A stretch of 35,103 bases of DNA, taken from assembly GCA_049968235.1 (NCBI GenBank), contig JBMFRC010000029.1:1-35103 (forward strand). The letters run 5' to 3'. Position numbers and translations under genes: made by a program. The DNA is from Candidatus Hydrogenedens sp. (GTDB lineage: Bacteria; Hydrogenedentota; Hydrogenedentia; Hydrogenedentales; Hydrogenedentaceae). The notes under the pieces are model-generated. The model ran no database searches. It had not been told where the DNA came from and was given only the letters and a program-made list of their open reading frames with translations. Each line of letters begins with the position of its first letter. Within the stretch, counting starts at the first letter, position 1. Of this stretch, positions 27,601-35,103 are shown one piece after another.

Positions 27601-30600
27601 GGTGAAAAAAGTCAAAGGCTATCCTGAATCCGTTCTTTGTGGTCTAGGTGTGGAAAAAGTCGAAGATAAGTTGCAGGTTGTAGTAGCGTTGGTTGATAAG
27701 GATTTTGCTCCTGCTCTGGATGAAGAAGTGATTGTGTATTTAGAGAAAGTCGAATGGCGATATGTTAACCGGTATTATTCTGGAAGTAGTAGAAATACTT
27801 TTCCACAATGGGACCGTTACTTTACATTAATTGAGCAAAAGAAGGTAACCACAAGTGGTGGGAAAGCCACTGTTTACTTAAATATTCCCCAATATTATTC
27901 TACATATCGTATTAGAGCGCAGAGAACCAACGGGAAAGTTTTTTCAGAAGTCTCTTTTTATTCTGTTCCGGGCAAGATGATAAATCTTAAAGGAGGACCT
28001 CCGGAATTGGTGAAAATCCATATTGAGGATAAAAAATGGTTAGCCGGTGAAAAGGTTCCAGTAAATATTGAAGTTCCTTTTGATGGGAAAGCGGTTGCAG
28101 TGATACAGGGAGATAAAGTGTGGGATATGCAGGTCCTGGATATAATTTCCGGGAAAGGCAGTTTCTCTTTTGAGGTGAAAGAAGAATATTTCCCAAATGT
28201 TTGGGTTGGAGTGTCTGCTCTTCATGTCCCCACAAAAGAGGAAACAATTAGTCCTTATTCTACATTTTCTTTTGCGAAGGTAGATATTGAAAAGCCAACC
28301 CGAAAAATGAATGTTGAAATCTTAAATGTGCCAGAAGAAGTTAAACCTCAGAATACAATAGAGATTGGAGTTAAAACAACAGATAACAATGGGAATCCCG
28401 TTGCTTCAGAATTAACAGTTGCATTGGTCGATGAAGGGATACATTCTATTTTAGGTTATACTTTGCCCAATCCATACGAGTGGTTCGGTAGGTCACGATA
28501 TTCACCTATTCGCCGTGTACATTATTATGACCATGTAGCGTATGGCTATGACCCATTATCGCCCTCAGGGGATATGATAGCCCGACAATTATCCGCAGGG
28601 AAGCCAGAGATATCAGAGTCGTGGATAAAACCATTAGCGTTATGGTCAGGCTCTGTTAAAACGGATGAACAGGGGCAGGTAAAAGTTTCTTTTAATCTAC
28701 CCGAATTTAATGGAACTGTAAGGTTAGTTGCAGTGGGTGCCAATAAAGAGTTGGTAGGTTCCTCTGAAACGAAAATGTTTGTAAGACGACCCTGTGTTAT
28801 TCAAACGCACCTCCCTCGATTTCTACGACCAAATGACCGTGCTATAATTTTTGGCAGAGGGTTAAATGCTCAAGATAATCCGTTAGATATTAATCTCTCG
28901 TTAACACATAACGATGTTGTGGATATTGAGCCTTCTCAGATACACTGGGAAGCCGTTCCTAAAAATCTCAGCCTTTCTCCTGAAATCGTCCTATCTTGTC
29001 TTACAGGGACGAAAAATGCAGAGTTGAACTGGCAATATAATATTGTTGATAAAACGGGAAATATTATTGATGAATATTCAGAACATACTGTTATTCCCGT
29101 TCATTTGCCGTCTATATACGAGCAAAGAGTAAAGTCGTATGTGGTCCCAATTGGAGGAAATTTACAATTAGACACTTCCGAATTTGTTAACAATCCATTA
29201 TTAGAGACAGAAATCAAGATAGGTAGCACTCCATTTCTACGAATAGAACCTGCATTAAAATGGTTAAGGACTTATGATTATTGCTGTTGTGAACAAAAAA
29301 TTTCACGACTCTATCCTTTGTATATATTCCGCAATTTTTTGAAAGAATCTATGGAAGATGTCATTTCTAAAGAGAATTATGACCAATTATTATTAACAAT
29401 GGTAGATAGCTTGTTTGCACATCAGCAGGCGAACGGAGGTTTTTCGCTCTGGCCCTATAGTAATTCTACGGATATAAAAGCGTCCCTGCATGTGGCATTT
29501 CTACTGACGATGATTAATCGAGATAAAACATTGCCTTTACCTGAAAAACTCTATCAGCGGGTGCTTGCTTTTCTACAAGATGTATGTTCAGAAGAGAATA
29601 CAGAGGATTCCGTTAATGACCAATTTAAGGCTTATGCATCATTAATTCTTGCTTTAAATGGAGACCCTTCCGCATGTGAACGAGTTAATAATATGTTAAA
29701 AGCAGATTATCCACGGAATTTGAAAGTTCTACTTCTTCTGACAGCAGATATTTGTGGTGTTCCTCGTGAAGAATTGAAGAAATATGTGCAATTACTTCAA
29801 TGGGAAACATCTGTAGAAAACCAGATATGTCCATGGGAATATGGTTCTTCTGAAGTACGGGAGTATGCCTTGAAACTTATCTCAAAAGTGATTGCGGATG
29901 AACCCTTGGATAGCATTCATGAAACACAAAAACCTCTTATGGATTATATCTCTAATTATACAGGTTATACGACCTATAATTTGTCTATGATACTGCTGGC
30001 ATTAGATATAAGCTTTAAGAAGATGAATATACAGCCTTTTGAATATCAGACAGAAATAAAAATAGATGATAATGTCCAGACGCTTAAAGGCACAAAACTG
30101 CTTAAACGAAAGAAGCAGGGACCCACAAATATAGAAATTAACAATCAAGGAAATTCTCCATTGTTTGTTTATTGGACTATACGCGGGATTTCAAATAATC
30201 CACCTAAAGACGCACAATCAAAAAACATAGAATTGCAACGGATTCTTTACAATGCTCGCAATAAGACAAATATGGAAAGTCCTTACTTGCAGGGCAGTGT
30301 TTATGTAATGGAGTATCAAATAAAACCTCAAAAAGACGCTCAAAATTTAATTCTAACTCAATTGCTACCCGCAGGATTTGAGATTGAAAATCCGAGGCTT
30401 AAACAGGAACAAATATCGGATATATTCTCATCGATATCCAAAGAACCCGTCAATACGATTACCCCTGAACATATAGAAATAAGAGATGATAAACTTATTG
30501 TTGCCCTTCCTTCGTTAAGTTCGAGAAATAAGTATTCTTATGTATGTGCTATTCGTGCAGTTACGAAAGGAAGTTTTGAATTTCCAGGTGCTTATATTGA

Positions 30601-30661
30601 AGATATGTATGAGCCTGAAACTTTTGCTTGTCTTGCCACAACACAAATAGAAATCAAATAA
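24677..30661 (+). CDS. Bacterial alpha-2-macroglobulin family lipoprotein (YfhM/ECAM-like), thioester-containing.
   Basis: 1994 aa with a GTG start and the RBS AAGGGGAG. The lipoprotein signal has the lipobox VISC. The thioester CxEQ motif is present as C-C-C-E-Q (nt 29282-29296). A PBP1C gene lies immediately downstream, the conserved yfhM-pbpC arrangement. Size and domain-rich beta architecture are typical. Confidence 0.85.
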   Translation: MKTAPFTQMLVMTIVVLFVISCGGGDVNKGEGTKEIVSQSQNVAKEVPKIPTQEENFLVPISQYPLPGDAIEKKFILFFDKNVHFPPEVPIDEYVKTEPPLKGITDCVENKIVFNILQAIPKNVDEVVFHIHPELQSEEGIKINPQNLSYRVPVEEVQVVEGNFSEVGEDYFIFSLDFNHYVIGDDIKHFISLKDQNNADVEFDVKSPGQFINTINLHVKWTGTESYKLLIKPGYTDYRKKYKGQGAYFEFPIKDTLEVVECKKKSNMGYQIVFSRPVSSKAIYKCLRIASSTQNNIPYYVIPADVRVVQEIAIDLPQNLEQIGEGKISKAWIINLKNPSFPMYSVSIELRKSTWSNDMALLPEEYRWETKVKEDGGFSIYYSYWKSNGLDGVSCFLNMTKVNKETFMKYFEVIPPVDNLSIKDSQWNEVEIKGDWKTGVKYLLKFKAGLQWGENSGTDENPKYMLLERDYAYTMKDVPQFKTLDFDNKDKFYIIPFHEKNYIRVGSRNVSKGYIHIYQVMPENLSIWLGNVSENTVPFEINERTSKYLTSIPVEFPNSVDRASFIDVDITQYLSDVPKGIFTLCLSDNSNPGRLRASWEPKKQEEESQLENYGYEWEDRGDSYYYPYGGSNDGDSFYQDVKGTRSAIRYILWTRLGVVSHWDDASLMAFVHDLIDLTPQMGAVVSAYSIKNLKVVEGVSDNNGIVKLILGKQDLGTPRLLTVRTDKDFSFVLLKPKELPTLKELEKYDSFEKDRYEAFIYTDRNLYRPGELIHSRWVVRKNYGADIINAPLELRFINPQKKVVHRKIVNLSEWGTGGEDIITEFTYLTGAYTLGLYVPGGELLCGSIPIYIEDFVPDRIKNEITVPNKFWIVGDEQSFEVSSQYYVGPPAVDLPSKGKLIITPTEFEHENWKGYRFGNDEILKTVVMDLGVQKTNEEGKSNFSFNFSPPGPINKPIEISIVSEVSEAGGRAVSAVKKVKGYPESVLCGLGVEKVEDKLQVVVALVDKDFAPALDEEVIVYLEKVEWRYVNRYYSGSSRNTFPQWDRYFTLIEQKKVTTSGGKATVYLNIPQYYSTYRIRAQRTNGKVFSEVSFYSVPGKMINLKGGPPELVKIHIEDKKWLAGEKVPVNIEVPFDGKAVAVIQGDKVWDMQVLDIISGKGSFSFEVKEEYFPNVWVGVSALHVPTKEETISPYSTFSFAKVDIEKPTRKMNVEILNVPEEVKPQNTIEIGVKTTDNNGNPVASELTVALVDEGIHSILGYTLPNPYEWFGRSRYSPIRRVHYYDHVAYGYDPLSPSGDMIARQLSAGKPEISESWIKPLALWSGSVKTDEQGQVKVSFNLPEFNGTVRLVAVGANKELVGSSETKMFVRRPCVIQTHLPRFLRPNDRAIIFGRGLNAQDNPLDINLSLTHNDVVDIEPSQIHWEAVPKNLSLSPEIVLSCLTGTKNAELNWQYNIVDKTGNIIDEYSEHTVIPVHLPSIYEQRVKSYVVPIGGNLQLDTSEFVNNPLLETEIKIGSTPFLRIEPALKWLRTYDYCCCEQKISRLYPLYIFRNFLKESMEDVISKENYDQLLLTMVDSLFAHQQANGGFSLWPYSNSTDIKASLHVAFLLTMINRDKTLPLPEKLYQRVLAFLQDVCSEENTEDSVNDQFKAYASLILALNGDPSACERVNNMLKADYPRNLKVLLLLTADICGVPREELKKYVQLLQWETSVENQICPWEYGSSEVREYALKLISKVIADEPLDSIHETQKPLMDYISNYTGYTTYNLSMILLALDISFKKMNIQPFEYQTEIKIDDNVQTLKGTKLLKRKKQGPTNIEINNQGNSPLFVYWTIRGISNNPPKDAQSKNIELQRILYNARNKTNMESPYLQGSVYVMEYQIKPQKDAQNLILTQLLPAGFEIENPRLKQEQISDIFSSISKEPVNTITPEHIEIRDDKLIVALPSLSSRNKYSYVCAIRAVTKGSFEFPGAYIEDMYEPETFACLATTQIEIK

Positions 30662-30667
30662 AATCAT

Positions 30668-32989
30668 ATGAAGTTAAGATTGTCAAGATATTTTTATATT
30701 TTACCTGTCATTTTTATTGTTCTGTATGTGACATACCATTTTTATATATTATGGACAAGTGGACCTGATAACCCTCATGAATTCCTGAATAGTTCTTATT
30801 CACCGCAGATTTTGTCAAAAGAAGGAAAATTGCTGTGGGTCGGGCTAAATGAAAGCGATAAATGGTGTTTGCCTGTCAATATTGATAAGGTATCACCAAA
30901 CTTAATTCATGCAACCATAGCTCTCGAAGACCAACATTTCTGGGACCATCATGGTGTAGATTTATTTGCGGTATGTAGAGCGATAGTCCAAAATTTATTT
31001 TCCTCAAAAATTGTTTCTGGTGCTTCCACAATTACGATGCAAGTGGTAAAACAATATTATCGAAATCATGAATGCACCATTCCTGATACTGTTTATCGTA
31101 AATACTACTTTAAACTATTTCAAGCGGTTCAATCTCTGCGATTGGAGAAGTATGCAACCAAGAAAGAGATACTACAAGCATATTTAAACAATGTTTCTTA
31201 TGGTGCAAATTTAGTGGGTGTTGAGTCTGCTTCATATCGTTATTTCGGTAGAAGTGCGGAAATGTTAAGTATTAATGAGAGTGCACTTCTTGCTGGTATT
31301 CCCAAAGCACCGGAGAAATATCGTCCTGATAAAAACCTATCACAAAGCCTCCAAAGAATGCGGTTTGTGTTAAAACGAATGAATGAAGAAGGCTATATTG
31401 ATAAAAAGCGGTTTGCTGAAGTAGTGAAAAGCAGGGTAGATGTCAATTATTATCCCTTTCCTGCTTATTGTAAACATTGGGCTGAGGAAACTGCACAGGT
31501 TATGGATGAGAAAAAAAATGTAAGAACATTCTTAGATTATGATATTCAGGTTCAAATAGAAGATATATTAAAGAAGAAGATTCTGCAGTGGAGTCCTGAG
31601 ATTACTATTGCTTCTGCTATGGTTGTAGATGTTCCTTCAGGTGAAGTATTAGCACGAGTGGGCGGTATCTCAAAAAGACCGCGAATACCTGTTAGCTATC
31701 TGGATTTTTGTTGTATCCCTCGTTCACCGGGGTCTGCATTAAAGCCTTTTTTGTATTGTATGGCTATGGAGAAAGGATTATTGTTCCCTGAAGAAATTTT
31801 GTATGATTCGGATTTTGACGCAGGTAATTATTCTCCTAAAAATTTTGATGAAATATTTCATGGTTTTATTGATGCTACTACTGCTTTAAGATACTCATTG
31901 AATATCCCTGCTGTTATTCTTATGCAGAGGACAGGAACACTTTCTTTCATAGATAAGTTAGAAAAATCGGGGCTTAATTTATTGAAAGATAATCCAAATA
32001 TTCTTAATTCGGGATTGGGGATTGTCTTAGGAAACTGTGAGGTAAATATGGAAAATATGATGCAGGCATATTTCTGTTTGGCTAATGAAGGGCTTTTCAA
32101 GAGGATTAAATATTCTGATGATGGACAAGAGGATGTATCCCTCCAGGTATTTGACCGTGGAACTATTTCTATACTTTACAAAATGATGGAGAATCACCTG
32201 GTGGGAGAAGTCTCAAAAGATATGGTTCGGTTATCAAGAGAGCCTATTCGTATATGTTGGAAAACGGGAACATCTTCCGGACGACGAGATGCGTGGGCTT
32301 TCATTTTCAATAAACATTATCTTGTCGGTGTCTGGATGGGAAATCCTCAATCCACGGGGAGTGCAAAATTGGTTGGGGCTTTGACAGCCTATCCTACTGC
32401 ATGTGATATATTCCGAATACTCCCAGAAAAGAAGGGCTATGAGTTTCCTGATTTCCCAAACGAAGATGTTCGCCCCGTAGAGGTTTGTAGTTTAAGTGGT
32501 TTACCTGCAAATCCCTATTGTAAATCCAAAAAGACTGTTTATGTTTCAAAAAATATGCCGTTGTCGCGTATATGTGATGTTCACTATTATGATATGTATA
32601 CCGCACAGGTAAAAGAAAGGTTTCCATCACAAAGTAAAGGCTGGGATTTAGCAAAAGTAGGTATTATCTCTAATGAAGGTGGGGTTCAAGACACAAAGCT
32701 ACATCTGAAAATAATATCTCCTGCAGATGGCTCAAAATTTATATATAGTTCTAACTCGAATCAGAACAGTGTCCGTTTGAGAACTTCAAGAGATGATACT
32801 TATAAGATATATTGGTATATTGATGACCGTTTTATAGGGGAAAGTTCCTCCGAGCAACCGTTATGGTGGGACTTAACTGCTGGAAAACACAAAATTTTTT
32901 GTCTGGACAGCACAGGGGAAAGTGATACAGTTTATGTGGATGTAAAAACTCCTGATGAAACACTGCAAATTGCAAATGCGAATAAGTAA
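30668..32989 (+). CDS. pbpC: Penicillin-binding protein 1C (bifunctional GT51 transglycosylase / transpeptidase).
   Basis: 773 aa with an N-terminal TM anchor. The GT51 motif is EDQHFWDHHGVD. The transpeptidase motifs are SxxK (SPGSALKP), SxN (SLN) and KTG (WKTGTSSG). A C-terminal PBP1C-specific beta domain is present. The gene starts 7 nt after the A2M stop. Confidence 0.9.
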   Translation: MKLRLSRYFYILPVIFIVLYVTYHFYILWTSGPDNPHEFLNSSYSPQILSKEGKLLWVGLNESDKWCLPVNIDKVSPNLIHATIALEDQHFWDHHGVDLFAVCRAIVQNLFSSKIVSGASTITMQVVKQYYRNHECTIPDTVYRKYYFKLFQAVQSLRLEKYATKKEILQAYLNNVSYGANLVGVESASYRYFGRSAEMLSINESALLAGIPKAPEKYRPDKNLSQSLQRMRFVLKRMNEEGYIDKKRFAEVVKSRVDVNYYPFPAYCKHWAEETAQVMDEKKNVRTFLDYDIQVQIEDILKKKILQWSPEITIASAMVVDVPSGEVLARVGGISKRPRIPVSYLDFCCIPRSPGSALKPFLYCMAMEKGLLFPEEILYDSDFDAGNYSPKNFDEIFHGFIDATTALRYSLNIPAVILMQRTGTLSFIDKLEKSGLNLLKDNPNILNSGLGIVLGNCEVNMENMMQAYFCLANEGLFKRIKYSDDGQEDVSLQVFDRGTISILYKMMENHLVGEVSKDMVRLSREPIRICWKTGTSSGRRDAWAFIFNKHYLVGVWMGNPQSTGSAKLVGALTAYPTACDIFRILPEKKGYEFPDFPNEDVRPVEVCSLSGLPANPYCKSKKTVYVSKNMPLSRICDVHYYDMYTAQVKERFPSQSKGWDLAKVGIISNEGGVQDTKLHLKIISPADGSKFIYSSNSNQNSVRLRTSRDDTYKIYWYIDDRFIGESSSEQPLWWDLTAGKHKIFCLDSTGESDTVYVDVKTPDETLQIANANK

Positions 32990-34537
32990 TTACCAATAAG
33001 TATAGAATAAAGCCTCTGTTAACACAGTTTGAAAAATTAAGAAAAGAACAATTACACCAATGGTATTGGTTAAATGATTTCTCCAGAAATGTAATGACGG
33101 GATAAGGAAGAAAGGGAATATATATAAAGCGGAGCGTTCTCCCTCGCCGGGGGCAATATATGCAATAGTTAAAATGAATAGGGTAATCAAAAATAGAACA
33201 ACCTCAAATTTTTCTTCCAGATTTTTTGTCCTTATTTGTCCTAAAAAACCAAAGAGTATAGGAATTCCGGTGAAGTATATCCAGGAAAGAGGAGTAAATA
33301 ATTTAAACCACCATAAAGAATAACGGGGAGCAATAATTTGTAATGATTGAATGTCTTCTCGGAACATCTTTTGTGCTTGTAAAAATACCTGGATGGGTTT
33401 ATAACCTGTAATTAAATATAGAATAGAATAAAAAGAAAAAAAACCTATGCACATACAAATAGATAATAGTATTAATCGGGGAAGGAATTGTTGTTTTTTA
33501 TATAGACAAACAATTCCCCGAAGAAGAAAATATATCCCAATTGAAAGCAAGGTAAATTTAAAAAGGGATAAAACAGCAAAAGATATACCAGACACAAATA
33601 CGAGAGGGATAGAGGATTTGTTTATAGATTTTTCAAATGTCCATAAGGAAAGGAACAAAAATGGCATATACAGAATTTCAGTAGAAGTTGCACAGAAAAG
33701 TACCAGAGAAGGAATTATCGTATATAAAAATGTGCCTATTATTGCTATTTTTGTGTTATTACATAATAATTCTTTTATCCATAGAAACAACGGGAATATT
33801 GCCAGTCCACCAAATAATATAGTAAATAGCGAGAGAGGCATTGGGGATTTTCCTATAAAATAAGAACAAAACCAGAGTAAAGAAAGCGGTCCTGGGGGAG
33901 CCAATCTCCCATGTAAAGATAAATAGGGTTGTATTTCATGATAACGATTAAAAAGTTCAAAAATACCCTTAGTAATTCCTATGTCTCCAATATATTCATA
34001 TTTTGTCCGTTGATAAGGTTGGGCTATAGTGGATAATCCATCGCGAATACTTGCGACTTCTATGGAAAATAAAATATAAAACAGGTATATTCCCAGAAGT
34101 ATGAAGATTGTTTTTTTTTTGTCTTCTCCATTGTTACTTCCTAAAAGTTTTATAAATAGAGAAGTGGAAGCGATTGTAAGAAGAAATAAAAAAATATGAT
34201 TGAACATTTGATAAGAAATTCCTTTATCCCGAATATAAGAACAAAATAATAATAAGATTAAGCAGAAGAGTATGATCATTATTTTGTGAATTTTATGAGT
34301 TAAACAAAGAGTAGAAAAACCTCCAATTAATATAATAAATGGTAGTTGCAGGGAATAAAGAAGAGAAGGGTAAATGGGTTTCCATAATGCATAAAAGGGA
34401 GTAATATGCCGATAAATAGGTTCAATCCCAACTACATAAAATAGAGAGACCGTCACAAAGTAAATGAAAAGTAAAGATAGAAATATGCAGAGATACACAA
34501 TTTCAGTTTTTATTCTCATATTTTGATTCGTATCCAT
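32990..34537 (-). CDS. Polytopic integral membrane protein of unknown function, possibly a GT-C-fold glycosyltransferase or polymerase-like protein.
   Basis: 515 aa with at least 11 predicted hydrophobic helices and a mid-protein soluble loop (QPYQRTKYEYIGDIGITKG...HGRLAPPGPL). No catalytic motif is recognised. Its stop directly abuts the pbpC stop (TAATTA at 32987-32992). Confidence 0.35.
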   Translation of the reverse strand: MDTNQNMRIKTEIVYLCIFLSLLFIYFVTVSLFYVVGIEPIYRHITPFYALWKPIYPSLLYSLQLPFIILIGGFSTLCLTHKIHKIMIILFCLILLLFCSYIRDKGISYQMFNHIFLFLLTIASTSLFIKLLGSNNGEDKKKTIFILLGIYLFYILFSIEVASIRDGLSTIAQPYQRTKYEYIGDIGITKGIFELFNRYHEIQPYLSLHGRLAPPGPLSLLWFCSYFIGKSPMPLSLFTILFGGLAIFPLFLWIKELLCNNTKIAIIGTFLYTIIPSLVLFCATSTEILYMPFLFLSLWTFEKSINKSSIPLVFVSGISFAVLSLFKFTLLSIGIYFLLRGIVCLYKKQQFLPRLILLSICMCIGFFSFYSILYLITGYKPIQVFLQAQKMFREDIQSLQIIAPRYSLWWFKLFTPLSWIYFTGIPILFGFLGQIRTKNLEEKFEVVLFLITLFILTIAYIAPGEGERSALYIFPFFLIPSLHFWRNHLTNTIGVIVLFLIFQTVLTEALFYTYW

Positions 34538-34748
34538 GATATATTTTCGTATCAGTTTATTATCGGCGTCTATGTTTTTCGTGAAATGTTTCGTTTATAT
34601 AAAAATTATATATTGTATTTTTCAGATAAGAATAAGAACTTTTTTCCAAGAATAAACATAAATACTATAAAAGAAAAAAAGGAAACAAGTAAAAAGCAAT
34701 TATTTTATGATATTATAATGTCCTCAAGGAGGGAAGATAATATTAGCA

Positions 34749-35103
34749 ATGCAATGGTTGTATCAGGAATATTGGAAGAAAAATAAAGATTCGAGCAGAA
34801 TTCGCAAAGCGTTTTTATTCTCGATAATTTTCCATATTGTTATATTTGTTCCATTTTATTTTTATAAATTTAGAACACCGGAACCCATACCCTTAGTGTT
34901 TCAGGTTTCATTAGAAAATCCTGTTCCCGATAAACCTATAACACAAGAAACTTCACCCGAACCCCCGAAACCTGAACCTCCAAAACCTGAACCCCCGAAA
35001 CCTGAACCCAAACCCGAGCCGAAGCCTGAGATGAAACCAGAGCCGAAACCGGAACCAAAGCAAGAACCCAAACCTGAGCCAAAGCCGAAACCGGAACCTA
35101 AAC
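34749..35103 (+). CDS. tonB: TonB-family energy transducer (or TolA-like), 3'-truncated by the window end.
   Basis: ATG at 34749 with the RBS AAGGAGGGA at 34726-34734. Manual translation gives MQWLYQEYWKKNKDSSRIRKAFLFSIIFHIVIFVPFYFYKF... (an N-terminal TM anchor). A Pro-rich periplasmic spacer follows: SPEPPKPEPPKPEPPKPEPKPEPKPEMKPEPKPEPKQEPKPEPKPKPEP. The ORF is not in the supplied track because it has no stop within the window. Confidence 0.5.
   Translation, partial: MQWLYQEYWKKNKDSSRIRKAFLFSIIFHIVIFVPFYFYKFRTPEPIPLVFQVSLENPVPDKPITQETSPEPPKPEPPKPEPPKPEPKPEPKPEMKPEPKPEPKQEPKPEPKPKPEPK
34953..35103 (+). repeat. Tandem coding micro-repeats (CCnGAAxCnAAACCT-type 12-18 nt units) encoding the (P-E-P-K) spacer of TonB.
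   Basis: Read directly: GAACCCCCGAAACCTGAACCTCCAAAACCTGAACCCCCGAAACCTGAACCCAAACCCGAGCCGAAGCCTGAG... These are in-frame Pro/Glu/Lys repeats. Confidence 0.7.

Noticed and set aside
34523-34786. An 87-aa ORF in the membrane-protein/tonB divergent region.
   Set aside because: It overlaps the better-supported tonB start (ATG 34749 with RBS) in another frame. The sequence is low-complexity, so it is probably spurious.

Overview
This is a ~35 kb, visibly AT-rich chromosomal window from a diderm bacterium. Lnt, MurJ, secretin-family proteins, a Skp-like chaperone, TonB and an alpha-2-macroglobulin/PBP1C pair all point to an outer membrane. No taxon can be assigned from sequence alone.

Most of the content is housekeeping or cell-envelope genes:
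- gdhA, tadA, citrate synthase, murJ, lnt, ychF, tRNA-Arg(CCT) and an fdxA-type ferredoxin
- a YjbQ-family protein, an ECF sigma/anti-sigma pair, an alpha-2-macroglobulin/pbpC pair and a 5'-truncated tonB at the window edge

The loci that stand out, in order of interest:
1. An archaeal-type NrpR-like nitrogen regulator is transcribed divergently from gdhA. The shared intergenic region carries two perfect GGAA-spacer-TTCC palindromes. One is an exact GGAA-N6-TTCC sitting over the gdhA core promoter. This looks like a 2-oxoglutarate-responsive repressor controlling glutamate dehydrogenase in a bacterium.
2. A Skp-like periplasmic protein, a TPR signal-peptide protein and two tandem, translationally coupled, paralogous short secretin-family proteins form one module. 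No pilus, T2SS or T3SS partner genes occur anywhere in the window. The module sits in a co-directional cluster with lnt, murJ and gltA.
3. An AmmeMemoRadiSam-type radical SAM enzyme stands alone with a 7Fe-type ferredoxin and without AMMECR1/MEMO1 partners.
4. An 855-aa secreted clan-GH-A-like protein is translationally coupled to a cytoplasmic HAD hydrolase.
5. The thioester alpha-2-macroglobulin has an unusual C-C-C-E-Q site.

I found no CRISPR array, no transposase or integrase, and no recognisable defence system. Every call rests on reading motifs in the supplied translations and the DNA; no database search was possible.
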